A stretch of 53,064 bases of DNA from a virus (taxonomy: Duplodnaviria; Caudoviricetes): positions 1-53,064 of the IMG/VR virus record IMGVR_UViG_3300018036_000012. The stretch is one strand, 5' to 3'. Positions 26,927-35,563 of this stretch are shown in pieces. Numbering within the stretch: position 1 is the stretch's first letter; each line of letters opens with the position of its first letter. Under the pieces are notes generated by a model. That model saw only the letters and a list, made by a program, of their open reading frames with translations, had not been told where the DNA came from and ran no database searches. A program made the translations under genes and the position numbers.

Positions 26927-28807
26927 ATGAAACTTCTCAAGGAAGGCGGCAACGTTTTTAAAGATTCCGATGGTGCAAGTGCTACACAGCGCATTAACCA
27001 AACTGATGTTAAGTCAACTGTGGCCTGGCTCGAGCAACTAACTGGACTACCTCTTATGGATAACATGCTGGGAAGCACAGGACAAAAACCAACATCTGGT
27101 GATTTAGACCTTGCAGTTGACAGCACAGTTATGAGCAAAGAAGAACTTAGTAACAGGTTAACACAATGGGCAACCAGTCATGGGTTTGATCCAGTAGAAT
27201 GGACAAAGAAAAGCGGCATTAGTGTGCATTTTAAAACACCTATTACAGGACGAGAAGATCGCGGATATGTACAAACTGACTTTATGTTTGTGCAAAAGCC
27301 AGCGTTCAGCAAGTTTATACTGCGCAGTGATCCCAACAGTGAATACAAGGGTGCAACACGAAATGTACTCATTAATAGTATTGCAAAAGCGGCAGGTCTT
27401 AAACTCAATCAGAATTCGGGATTGTATCGCAGGGAAGACAATGCATTTATAACTGATGACCCAGATAAAATTGCTACGCTGTTATTAAATAAAAATGCAA
27501 ACAGAGATGACCTAGCTAGTGTAGAATCTATTATGGCCCAACTTAAATCAGACAAGCAACGTGATGCTAAACTAGATGATTTCCGTGGCTACGCTGAACG
27601 TGAAGGTTTTACTTTTGAAGAAGTAAACGAATCCGGAACTGCCTGGCTTGCACGGTTGCGTGATAGAATTGTATACCAGGGCATGGAAGTCATAACCGAA
27701 AATCCATACACACCTTACAAGCTAACTGAAGGTGTGCGTATTGAGCACCCTGAAGACTTGATCTTTGATTACGGCAGTAAAGGTCTTACACAAGCACTTG
27801 CAGGTCTCAAAAGTGCTGCCGCAGAACCTGCTAAAACAAACACTATTAAATGGGACGGCAAGCCAGCAGTTATATTTGGTAGAGACAGCACAGGAGACTT
27901 TGTGCTCACTGATAAGTCAGGGTTTCTTGCAAAAGGCTACAACGGCTTGGCTAAGTCTCCAAAAGACATTGAACGTATCATGGGCATGCGCAAAGGCGAT
28001 AGAACAGATCTAATTGCAGTGTATGCTAAATTGTTTCCGTTGCTAAGTCGCACAGTGCCCAAGGACTTCCGTGGATACGTGCAAGGTGATTTGCTGTACA
28101 GTGACACTCCTCCATTGGAAGATGGTATGTATGTCTTTACTCCTAATACTGTTACATATCGTGTTGATGCAAACACCCCAATTGGAAAAGCGGTTGGTAA
28201 TAGTGAAGCAGGCGTTGCAGTACACACGTCAATTGATGGTCCAGGTGGCCCTGCAACTCCTGTTACTAGTGCAGTATTAAACAAAGCACCCGGTGTTCTT
28301 ATACTCGACCCAACTATGAAAGACACTGGTAGTAAAATTGAATTAAATGCAAAGTTGATTGCACAAGTGGAAAACATTTACAATAACTATGCACCTGAAA
28401 TTGATGCATTCTTTGCTCCAGGTGAGCTGCGCAGCAGAAAGATAACAAACACACCAGCGTTGATAAAGCAATATATCAACAGCAAAGTGCGCAGTGGCAA
28501 TTATAAAAACATGATCAAAGATTTTGGTCCATGGATTGAACAAAAACAACCAACCAAGGCAGCTCGTATCATTGACTGGATGAATCAAAATAAAAGCGCA
28601 GTTGCAGCATTGTTCAGTGGGTTTTTAAACATCAGTCAACTTAAAAATGACTTGGTACGTCAGTTGGATGCACAAGACCAAGATGTAAAAGCTGACATCG
28701 AAGGTGAACCCGGTCATGAAGGATACGTAGGAGCAGGAATGAAGTTTGTGGATCGTATGAGATTTTCGCAAGCTAACTTTGCACAAAATAATCCAGGACA
28801 AAACTAA
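26927..28807 (+). CDS. Pol-beta-superfamily nucleotidyltransferase fused to an RNA-ligase-like domain; probable processed virion protein
   Basis: LGSTG...SGDLDLAV and VQTDFM (NTase); IKWDG, VQGDLLY, HEGYV, MKFVDR (ligase-like motifs I, III, IV, V). Confidence 0.75.
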   Translation: MKLLKEGGNVFKDSDGASATQRINQTDVKSTVAWLEQLTGLPLMDNMLGSTGQKPTSGDLDLAVDSTVMSKEELSNRLTQWATSHGFDPVEWTKKSGISVHFKTPITGREDRGYVQTDFMFVQKPAFSKFILRSDPNSEYKGATRNVLINSIAKAAGLKLNQNSGLYRREDNAFITDDPDKIATLLLNKNANRDDLASVESIMAQLKSDKQRDAKLDDFRGYAEREGFTFEEVNESGTAWLARLRDRIVYQGMEVITENPYTPYKLTEGVRIEHPEDLIFDYGSKGLTQALAGLKSAAAEPAKTNTIKWDGKPAVIFGRDSTGDFVLTDKSGFLAKGYNGLAKSPKDIERIMGMRKGDRTDLIAVYAKLFPLLSRTVPKDFRGYVQGDLLYSDTPPLEDGMYVFTPNTVTYRVDANTPIGKAVGNSEAGVAVHTSIDGPGGPATPVTSAVLNKAPGVLILDPTMKDTGSKIELNAKLIAQVENIYNNYAPEIDAFFAPGELRSRKITNTPALIKQYINSKVRSGNYKNMIKDFGPWIEQKQPTKAARIIDWMNQNKSAVAALFSGFLNISQLKNDLVRQLDAQDQDVKADIEGEPGHEGYVGAGMKFVDRMRFSQANFAQNNPGQN

Positions 28808-29739
28808 TGGATCAGCCAGTAACACAAATACAACTTGATGCACTAGAAAAAGCACTTGATAAAGTGTTTGCCCAAGTAGGAATCGATGTTGAGTTTACAA
28901 GACACTTTCTGGATCGTGTAAATGATGAACGCAACGTGCGGCAAATTACAATACAAGAACTGGCAATACTATTTAAAAAAGAATTTCAAAAGTATGCCAA
29001 GCCGATTGCACAACTAGGACCAGATGCACAAGCGGTGCTGAAAGATTTATCATCGGATATCAATGTGCCGTTTGCACTTGTTTGGGACAGTGCAAACCAG
29101 GAACTAGATTTAATTGCTAAAACTGTGATGCGTAAAAAAGATTTCAAAACTCCTAACAAAGAATTTGCAGTCGAACAGACAAGCATATTTCACGAGCTCA
29201 GTGAAAGTCGCATGTGGAAACAAATGAAACAATTAACTGGTCTTAAAATGAGCAAGGTTGCTGAACTGATGTTCGAACAGTTGTTAGCATTGCAGATTTT
29301 TGCACAAAGCGACCCTGCTTATGCAGCACAACAAGCTGCACAAATTATGAGATTACAAAACTTTGATGGGTTTCGTACCAGCCAACCAGACCTTTACAAC
29401 GTGTTAACTATTATGGTTGATCCAGAACGCTTTGACAGTCAAATTGTACAAGATGTACAAGTGAGTGTGCCGGAGTTGCGGTTAAAGCGTAATCTAAGAG
29501 CAATAGCAAAAAACAAATATAATGCCGGCGATTATAATTATTTGATGTTGATGTTACAACGAGAAATGCAAGATTACCTACCGGCTCCGCTGATACAAAT
29601 GCGTAGACAAATTGGCAATTGGGATCGTACAAAGCCGCAAGACAGGAAAGTTATTGTAGATCGACTCATGCTGCAAATGCGTGAACGTGGATTTCAAAAC
29701 GAAAGTTATGAAAGACTGAGAACACTCGATATTTCATAA
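28807..29739 (+). CDS. two-domain late protein (N-terminal H..R-type domain plus helical domain)
   Basis: VEFTRHFLDRVNDERN...LIAKTVMRK; LSE motif in the linker. Confidence 0.65.
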   Translation: MDQPVTQIQLDALEKALDKVFAQVGIDVEFTRHFLDRVNDERNVRQITIQELAILFKKEFQKYAKPIAQLGPDAQAVLKDLSSDINVPFALVWDSANQELDLIAKTVMRKKDFKTPNKEFAVEQTSIFHELSESRMWKQMKQLTGLKMSKVAELMFEQLLALQIFAQSDPAYAAQQAAQIMRLQNFDGFRTSQPDLYNVLTIMVDPERFDSQIVQDVQVSVPELRLKRNLRAIAKNKYNAGDYNYLMLMLQREMQDYLPAPLIQMRRQIGNWDRTKPQDRKVIVDRLMLQMRERGFQNESYERLRTLDIS

Positions 29740-29743
29740 ACGT

Positions 29744-29751
29744 GCTAAATA
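29744..29751 (+). promoter_or_regulatory. late promoter (gcTAAATA)
   Basis: TAAATA core upstream of a strong RBS. Confidence 0.7.
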
Positions 29752-29796
29752 AAAGTAGGGACAGTAATGTTCCAACCATTATTTAGGAGAAATAAA

Positions 29797-30054
29797 ATGG
29801 CTGAAATTTCAACAACCGCAACAGTTAAGCAAGGCCAAGGTCTTGGTCCAACAACATACATCTATGCAGTAGCAACTGGTACAATCACAGTAGCAGCCGC
29901 TTGCACAGCAATCACAACAACATATGGTGGCACAATTGCCGCTGTTGAAGGTGTAGCAGACGGCAACCACGTTGCTGTACAAGGCGGCCCAGGTGGCGCA
30001 GAAGCAGTCAGTGGCATCTCACTAGTTGCAACATTTGCTAACCCATCTGCATAA
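29797..30054 (+). CDS. small Ala/Thr/Gly-rich virion protein (decoration-like)
   Basis: Own late promoter, AGGAG RBS and terminator; start moved to ATG 29797. Confidence 0.7.
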   Translation: MAEISTTATVKQGQGLGPTTYIYAVATGTITVAAACTAITTTYGGTIAAVEGVADGNHVAVQGGPGGAEAVSGISLVATFANPSA

Positions 30055-30078
30055 TAACTTAATTTAAGTTCACTCATT

Positions 30079-30110
30079 AAAACCCTAGTTTTTGTAACTA
30101 GGGTTTTTTT
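30079..30110 (+). terminator. Rho-independent terminator
   Basis: aaaaccctagtt/aactagggtttt stem ending in T7. Confidence 0.9.
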
Positions 30111-30147
30111 GTGGCTAAGTAATATTACTAGCTTGTAGTATTGGACT

Positions 30148-30597
30148 TTGAACATGCAATTAATTGAAATAGTAACAGTATTTGACTGCACTTGCACTGG
30201 TACAACAAGTCACCGAAAATTACAAGATGCACCTATTATAAACAAAGTTGGTAAATCTATTAGTACAGTTGATGAATGGAATTTCAGCAGAAATCAACAA
30301 CGCAATTGGGAAACTATATTACAGTGTGTTGGACTAAAAACACAAGCAATTGACATTACAGATCCGGTTTGTACAAATTTAGGAAAAAATAAGTACTGGA
30401 AACTTTCGTTTTGTGTTGAACAACCTGATATATTCAATGATGGTGAAGACGAACTTGGTTTACTAAAAAACGACATGCACGGCGTTCCTATGATAGTAGG
30501 GCTTACAGAATACTACAAAGAAGGATTTTTATTTCCTTACTTGATCACACATGGTTCTAAATCTAACATTAAATTCAAGGCAGTAACTTTAGAATAG
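30148..30597 (+). CDS. hypothetical phage protein
   Basis: RNQQRNWETILQ...GVPMIVGLTE; TAAGTA late-like motif upstream; start TTG 30148 or ATG 30154. Confidence 0.7.
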   Translation: MNMQLIEIVTVFDCTCTGTTSHRKLQDAPIINKVGKSISTVDEWNFSRNQQRNWETILQCVGLKTQAIDITDPVCTNLGKNKYWKLSFCVEQPDIFNDGEDELGLLKNDMHGVPMIVGLTEYYKEGFLFPYLITHGSKSNIKFKAVTLE

Positions 30598-30606
30598 TGT
30601 ATATTT

Positions 30607-30614
30607 GATAAATA
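30607..30614 (+). promoter_or_regulatory. late promoter (gaTAAATA)
   Basis: TAAATA core upstream of a GAGG RBS. Confidence 0.65.
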
Positions 30615-30642
30615 TCTTTAACAAATATTATTAGAGGTTACC

Positions 30643-30909
30643 ATGAATGATACAACACCCATTGAGAAAAAAAGTCTAGAAGCGCACGTAGACTTATGCG
30701 CAGAGAGATATAAATTAATGTCTCACCAGATTGTGACTGTAAATAGTAAAGTTGATGCTCTTGAGATGTTGATCAAAGAGGTTCACGACATGGTAGCAGC
30801 GATGACCCAACGCCGCAATGACCAATTAATCAGCTGGGGAGCTGGCATAATTGCAACTCTTATTGGAGTAGTTGGATGGTTAGTAATAAGCTACGTAATA
30901 GTTACGTAA
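30643..30909 (+). CDS. small coiled-coil protein with C-terminal TM helix
   Basis: SLEAHVDLCAERY coiled coil; hydrophobic C-terminus. Confidence 0.75.
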   Translation: MNDTTPIEKKSLEAHVDLCAERYKLMSHQIVTVNSKVDALEMLIKEVHDMVAAMTQRRNDQLISWGAGIIATLIGVVGWLVISYVIVT

Positions 30910-31370
30910 ACAAAGCTGTTAGAAAATTAACAGATATTGTAAAAGAAAATTTACTAGAAAATAACAACGTTATTACTAGAAGCGGTGATAGCATTTCTGC
31001 ATTCAAGCATTACCGTATTGTTAAAACAGAAAATTACTCATACAACATTTATAAAGACAACTGTTTGATTACAACAGTGAGTTCCAGCAGGGTTGCACTT
31101 GCATGGTGTATATACGATAAACATAGTAAATTAACAGATGCAACACAATTAATTAAACACGAAAACGAACTAATTAGAAGACAAAGTGAAATGATGCACT
31201 ATCGCTGTTTTATCAACAGTGATAAAATCACCGAAACTCGACGAAATATCACAATTAACAGGTTGGACGACACAAAAGATCGTTATCACATATTACAGAA
31301 ATACATTGATAAATATATAAACATTGCTAAATACTGTCAGCAAAAAGGATTTGATAATGAAACTATTTGA
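30876..31370 (+). CDS. hypothetical protein (start uncertain)
   Basis: 164-aa ORF filling the gap in the late operon. Confidence 0.6.
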   Translation: MVSNKLRNSYVNKAVRKLTDIVKENLLENNNVITRSGDSISAFKHYRIVKTENYSYNIYKDNCLITTVSSSRVALAWCIYDKHSKLTDATQLIKHENELIRRQSEMMHYRCFINSDKITETRRNITINRLDDTKDRYHILQKYIDKYINIAKYCQQKGFDNETI

Positions 31371-32409
31371 CCTGGAATCGTCACAAACTAAACAGTCACA
31401 AAAAGTTATGGAAAGTTATTTTCATAACAAAGTTGACTTCACTGCATTGGCCCCGGAAAAAGCCAAAGGCATGTTGAAAAAAGTTCGTGGCTTGATCAGT
31501 GAGCACCGCAACAGTAAACGTTTGCACACCAGTGAAAAAGATGCTGGGTATTTGCAACTATTGGTTATGGAACGTGGGCTTAGTGCTAGGTTGTCAATGG
31601 ATGAAAACAGTCCAGCAGATCCAATGGTCAAGCAAAGCTTGAATAAAATTAAAAGCCAGCAAACAATCAGTCCAGCAGAACAAAATGCACTTGCTAAAAA
31701 GCTTAATACAAATCCCCAAACGCTAACAAAAGCACTAGCAGGCACAGCCATTGCCGGCCCAGATAAGGCAGTGGCTGATCAGTTGTCAGGTATGCTAGCT
31801 ACAACCGAAGCTAAAGATGACTATTCTGCTAAAAAGGCAGCCGCTGGTAAAGACATTGGCAAACCAGGTAAAAACTTTGCTAAAATTGCTAAAAATGCTG
31901 CTAAAAAATATGGTTCAAAGGCAGCGGGCGAAAGAGTTGCTGGTGCTGTTCTAAACAAGCTACGCAACGAAGGAACCACAGTAACAATGGATGGTCGTTA
32001 TTTAACTGAAGATGAAGTACAGCAAGCTCAAGTTGTTTTAGCTGCACAGGATATGGTCGACAGAATGCAAAGCATGCTAGAAGATGTAACTGCTATGCAA
32101 TTTAAAGATTTGCCTGCGTTGAGTACTAGTATTGCAAGTACAGTTGGCACAAATGAAGCACAAGCATTTAACAACGAAGCCAGTGCAGCACTAGCTGCAC
32201 TAGTTGATGCAGTGCAAGCTGCTAAACTTGGCGTTGAAAGTGCACAAGGCACACTTACTGGACAAGAACCAGTTGTTCCAGGTGCCGAAGAAGAAGTTGG
32301 CTTTGATGCAGATATGGATGTGGATGCCGAAGTTGATGATGTTGATGTAGACATAGATGTCGATGTTGAAGAACCAGAAATGGGCAGTCTAGGAAGAGCT
32401 CGTAGATAA
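31357..32409 (+). CDS. putative prohead core/scaffold-like protein
   Basis: TAAATA at 31310 and 31328; several hydrophobic-x-E sites; helical with acidic D/V tail; start moved to ATG 31357. Confidence 0.6.
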   Translation: MKLFDLESSQTKQSQKVMESYFHNKVDFTALAPEKAKGMLKKVRGLISEHRNSKRLHTSEKDAGYLQLLVMERGLSARLSMDENSPADPMVKQSLNKIKSQQTISPAEQNALAKKLNTNPQTLTKALAGTAIAGPDKAVADQLSGMLATTEAKDDYSAKKAAAGKDIGKPGKNFAKIAKNAAKKYGSKAAGERVAGAVLNKLRNEGTTVTMDGRYLTEDEVQQAQVVLAAQDMVDRMQSMLEDVTAMQFKDLPALSTSIASTVGTNEAQAFNNEASAALAALVDAVQAAKLGVESAQGTLTGQEPVVPGAEEEVGFDADMDVDAEVDDVDVDIDVDVEEPEMGSLGRARR

Positions 32410-32410
32410 T

Positions 32411-32755
32411 ATGCGATTTCGCGAGTTTAGAGAATCGGTTGATCATCCATCGCCCCAGCAACTTATGGCGCTTGCCGAATACTTGCTGGGACGAACTGAT
32501 GATGCTAACAGTGAAAAAGCAGTGCCTATAGATGCGTTTTTAAGCATGGCACACAATATGGGTGTAAGCATAACTGATAAGCAACTTCGCAACTTAGCAG
32601 GACATGACCCGTTAAAAAATGTTATTGTTAATGTCACTGACGATGAAGTTATACTCAGCGGCGGCGCTAACATAGAAGCCGACGATACTATGACAGTTGA
32701 TCAAGCAAGAGACACAGTTGCAGACATGGCAGATTCGGCTAACGATTTAACTTGA
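32411..32755 (+). CDS. small acidic late protein
   Basis: MRFREFRE N-terminus resembling processed head proteins. Confidence 0.7.
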   Translation: MRFREFRESVDHPSPQQLMALAEYLLGRTDDANSEKAVPIDAFLSMAHNMGVSITDKQLRNLAGHDPLKNVIVNVTDDEVILSGGANIEADDTMTVDQARDTVADMADSANDLT

Positions 32756-32780
32756 CAAGCAATTAATAACATGTTATGTT
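32752..32780 (+). promoter_or_regulatory. sigma70-type promoter giving a probable leaderless exonuclease mRNA
   Basis: TTGACA-17 nt-TATGTT with extended TG; ATG 6 nt after the -10; no SD. Confidence 0.7.
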
Positions 32781-32786
32781 AGTAAC

Positions 32787-33491
32787 ATGACATTAATTAA
32801 ACCTAAGTACGATTATACACCCATTTCCCGTAAACAGATAGATGGTAAACGCAAGTACATGACACCTGATGGCGGTGCAGTTGCAAGTGTTACAACTATT
32901 CTTGATGCTACAAGCGATAAGTCTGGTCTTATTGCTTGGCGTAAACGTGTAGGCGAAAAGAAAGCACAAGAAGTTGTAACTGAAGCTGCTGGTGTTGGCA
33001 CACGTATGCACAAGTATCTTGAGGACTACGTTGAATTCGGCGAATGGCCCACCCCGGGTAGTAATCCGTTTGCTAAAAAGGCACATGCAATGGCAACACA
33101 AGTGCGTGATAATGCTCTAGTAGATGTAGATGAGATTTGGGGTAGCGAAGTTGCTCTTTATGTTCCGCAGATGTATGCTGGTACTACTGACCTAGTAGGC
33201 GTATACAAAGGTCAGCCCTGTATTATGGACTTTAAACAGACCAACAAGCCTAAGAAGCTAGAGTATGTACAAAACTACTTCCTACAGCTAGTAGCATACG
33301 CAGAAGCACACAACGAAATCTACGGTACCAACATTCGCGAAGGACATATCTTTATGTGTAGTCGCGGAGATGACGGTATGCTGTTAGGTGGCGAAACTTA
33401 TCAACAGTTCGATGTGTGGCCAGATGAATACGATGAATGGCGTAACGAATGGTACAATAGGGTATATACATATTACGAGAAACATGCATAG
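32787..33491 (+). CDS. PD-(D/E)xK exonuclease
   Basis: SVTTIL, GTRMHKYLE, AGTTDLV, MDFKQT, QLVAY. Confidence 0.88.
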   Translation: MTLIKPKYDYTPISRKQIDGKRKYMTPDGGAVASVTTILDATSDKSGLIAWRKRVGEKKAQEVVTEAAGVGTRMHKYLEDYVEFGEWPTPGSNPFAKKAHAMATQVRDNALVDVDEIWGSEVALYVPQMYAGTTDLVGVYKGQPCIMDFKQTNKPKKLEYVQNYFLQLVAYAEAHNEIYGTNIREGHIFMCSRGDDGMLLGGETYQQFDVWPDEYDEWRNEWYNRVYTYYEKHA

Positions 33492-33495
33492 TATA

Positions 33496-33503
33496 GGTAA
33501 ATA
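33496..33503 (+). promoter_or_regulatory. late promoter (ggTAAATA)
   Basis: TAAATA core upstream of a GGAG RBS. Confidence 0.7.
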
Positions 33504-33530
33504 CACTTAGATTCCGGAGTTTAACACAAT

Positions 33531-35111
33531 ATGGCAATAGTTCAAGTATCACGCATTACAAACCGTAAAGGTCTTAGTGAAAATTTACCTCAATTAGCAG
33601 GCGCAGAGTTTGGCTGGGTGATTGACAGCCGCCAGCTTTATATTGGCAATGGCACTATTGCTGAAGGTGCTCCCACAGTCGGTAACACTGAAATTCTTAC
33701 GCAGTACAGTGATATTTTAAACCTTGCAACTAGTTACGTATACAAAGGTCAGCATGCAGGATACACAGTGCAAACTGGTGCCAGTGCAGATGATGCAGTA
33801 ACACAAACCATACAAGCAAAACTTGACAACTATGCAAGTGTGCTCGACTTTGGTGCAACAGGAGACGGTGTAACTGATGATACAGCGGCTATCAATAGGG
33901 CACTATATCAACTGTTTTGCAGAGAAACAAACACAACAATTCGACGCAGTTTGTTTTTCCCAGCAGGCACTTACAAAGTAACCTCCTCGATTAATGTTCC
34001 GCCATTTGCGCAATTGTACGGCGAAGGCAGCAACAGCTCGACAATTGAAATGAACGGCGGCAGCACTTATGTTATGCGCACAGCCGATAGTTTGCAACAA
34101 ACTGGAGTTAATATTGGCAACAACAGTGCTACACCACCAAGCAACATTGAAATTTCGGGAATGACATTTAAGAGTGTTGATAGTGTTGATCTAGTTTTAG
34201 TTGATCGTGCTGAGCAAGTTTCATTTAATAATGTTAATTTTATTGGTCCATTGGTGCAAGCAACGTTAACTAATGCAAGTGCTAACATTGCTGCCGTACG
34301 GTTTGATAGCACGGTTGCAAATACAACAAAACAAATCGAGTTTAACAATTGTAAGTTCACTGGGCTAACATACGGGCTTAACACTGATGAAAATATTCAA
34401 GGTGTAACTGTGCAGAACTCGCAGTTTAACACACTGTACCAGGGAGTATTGCTTGGCGACGGTACCCCAGTAAATGGTGGCCCGCAAGGTGTACGAATTG
34501 TGCAAAACTTGTTTGATGATGTTGCTAAAGAAGGTATTATCATTGGTGCAGTATCGCAAAATGTTAGTGCGTACAATATTTTTCTTGATGTTGCTAACGA
34601 TTTTTTAGGTGCAGGAAATCCAGCATCAGCTGTTGTTGATATCAATGGTGATAACAATGTTAGTGTCGGCGATATGTTTGATCGCAGCGATGCTGATGCA
34701 CTAACACAAGCAAGAATCGACTTAAACAACAAAGCATGTTATGCTCTTGTTAATGGCGAAGAGATTGAATTTGGTACGTATCATAAACTTGCTGGAGTAA
34801 GTACAGAACTTACTGTACAAGGATCGCCGACTGTTATATTCACTGTTACTACTGCCAATGCCGCAGCATTTGATTGTATGTACCAATTCAAAGACCCGCT
34901 GACTAATGTTATACGTTTTGGCTCTCTTAGAGTTGTAGCACAAGACAGTGACGACAGCGCAGGCACACTAAGTTACGTTGACGAATACACCGAGGACAAT
35001 CCAAGTGCGATTGTGCTTGACGTAATACAAAGTGGTAGTACAATTAGTGTACGCTACACATCAACTGCCTCTGGCACATTTAAATATTCACTCGAGCATC
35101 TTGGCATTTAA
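33531..35111 (+). CDS. tail/baseplate protein with Mtd-like N-terminus and pectate-lyase-like beta-helix
   Basis: RKG...LPQLAGAEFGW..D...LYIGNG; SVLDFGATGDGVTDDTAAI...LFFPAGTY. Confidence 0.8.
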   Translation: MAIVQVSRITNRKGLSENLPQLAGAEFGWVIDSRQLYIGNGTIAEGAPTVGNTEILTQYSDILNLATSYVYKGQHAGYTVQTGASADDAVTQTIQAKLDNYASVLDFGATGDGVTDDTAAINRALYQLFCRETNTTIRRSLFFPAGTYKVTSSINVPPFAQLYGEGSNSSTIEMNGGSTYVMRTADSLQQTGVNIGNNSATPPSNIEISGMTFKSVDSVDLVLVDRAEQVSFNNVNFIGPLVQATLTNASANIAAVRFDSTVANTTKQIEFNNCKFTGLTYGLNTDENIQGVTVQNSQFNTLYQGVLLGDGTPVNGGPQGVRIVQNLFDDVAKEGIIIGAVSQNVSAYNIFLDVANDFLGAGNPASAVVDINGDNNVSVGDMFDRSDADALTQARIDLNNKACYALVNGEEIEFGTYHKLAGVSTELTVQGSPTVIFTVTTANAAAFDCMYQFKDPLTNVIRFGSLRVVAQDSDDSAGTLSYVDEYTEDNPSAIVLDVIQSGSTISVRYTSTASGTFKYSLEHLGI

Positions 35112-35116
35112 AATAC

Positions 35117-35551
35117 ATGTGGGAACACCGTCCTGAGCAGCAACTAATCGCATGGAATCTCCTCCGCGAACAATGCAAACACGAAGAAAATCTCGACATA
35201 GCAATTTCTGCTGTGCACACTTGGTGGCAGGAATGCCCAACTAAACTACGATACTTACATTGGACATTGCCACAAGAATGGCCAAATCCTTGGGACTTGA
35301 TTGCCGATGATATATACTGTGAGCTTGCAAAATGCCTAGGCATCAGTTACACCATCTTGATGCTGGGTAACAAGGATATCAATGACTTATGCATACAAGA
35401 AACAACAGATGGTTCTTATATAGTGTCGGTCAACCAGGGGAAATATATATTGAATTGGGATGTGTCTCGAGTGTTAAATATCAGTTCAATAGAACAAATG
35501 AATATACACAATAGCATGGATTCTGCCATGTTTGCACACAACATACGATAG
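35117..35551 (+). CDS. hypothetical protein (transglutaminase-like pattern)
   Basis: WPNPWDLI...YCELAKCLGISYT. Confidence 0.6.
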   Translation: MWEHRPEQQLIAWNLLREQCKHEENLDIAISAVHTWWQECPTKLRYLHWTLPQEWPNPWDLIADDIYCELAKCLGISYTILMLGNKDINDLCIQETTDGSYIVSVNQGKYILNWDVSRVLNISSIEQMNIHNSMDSAMFAHNIR

Positions 35552-35563
35552 GAAAAAGTTAAT

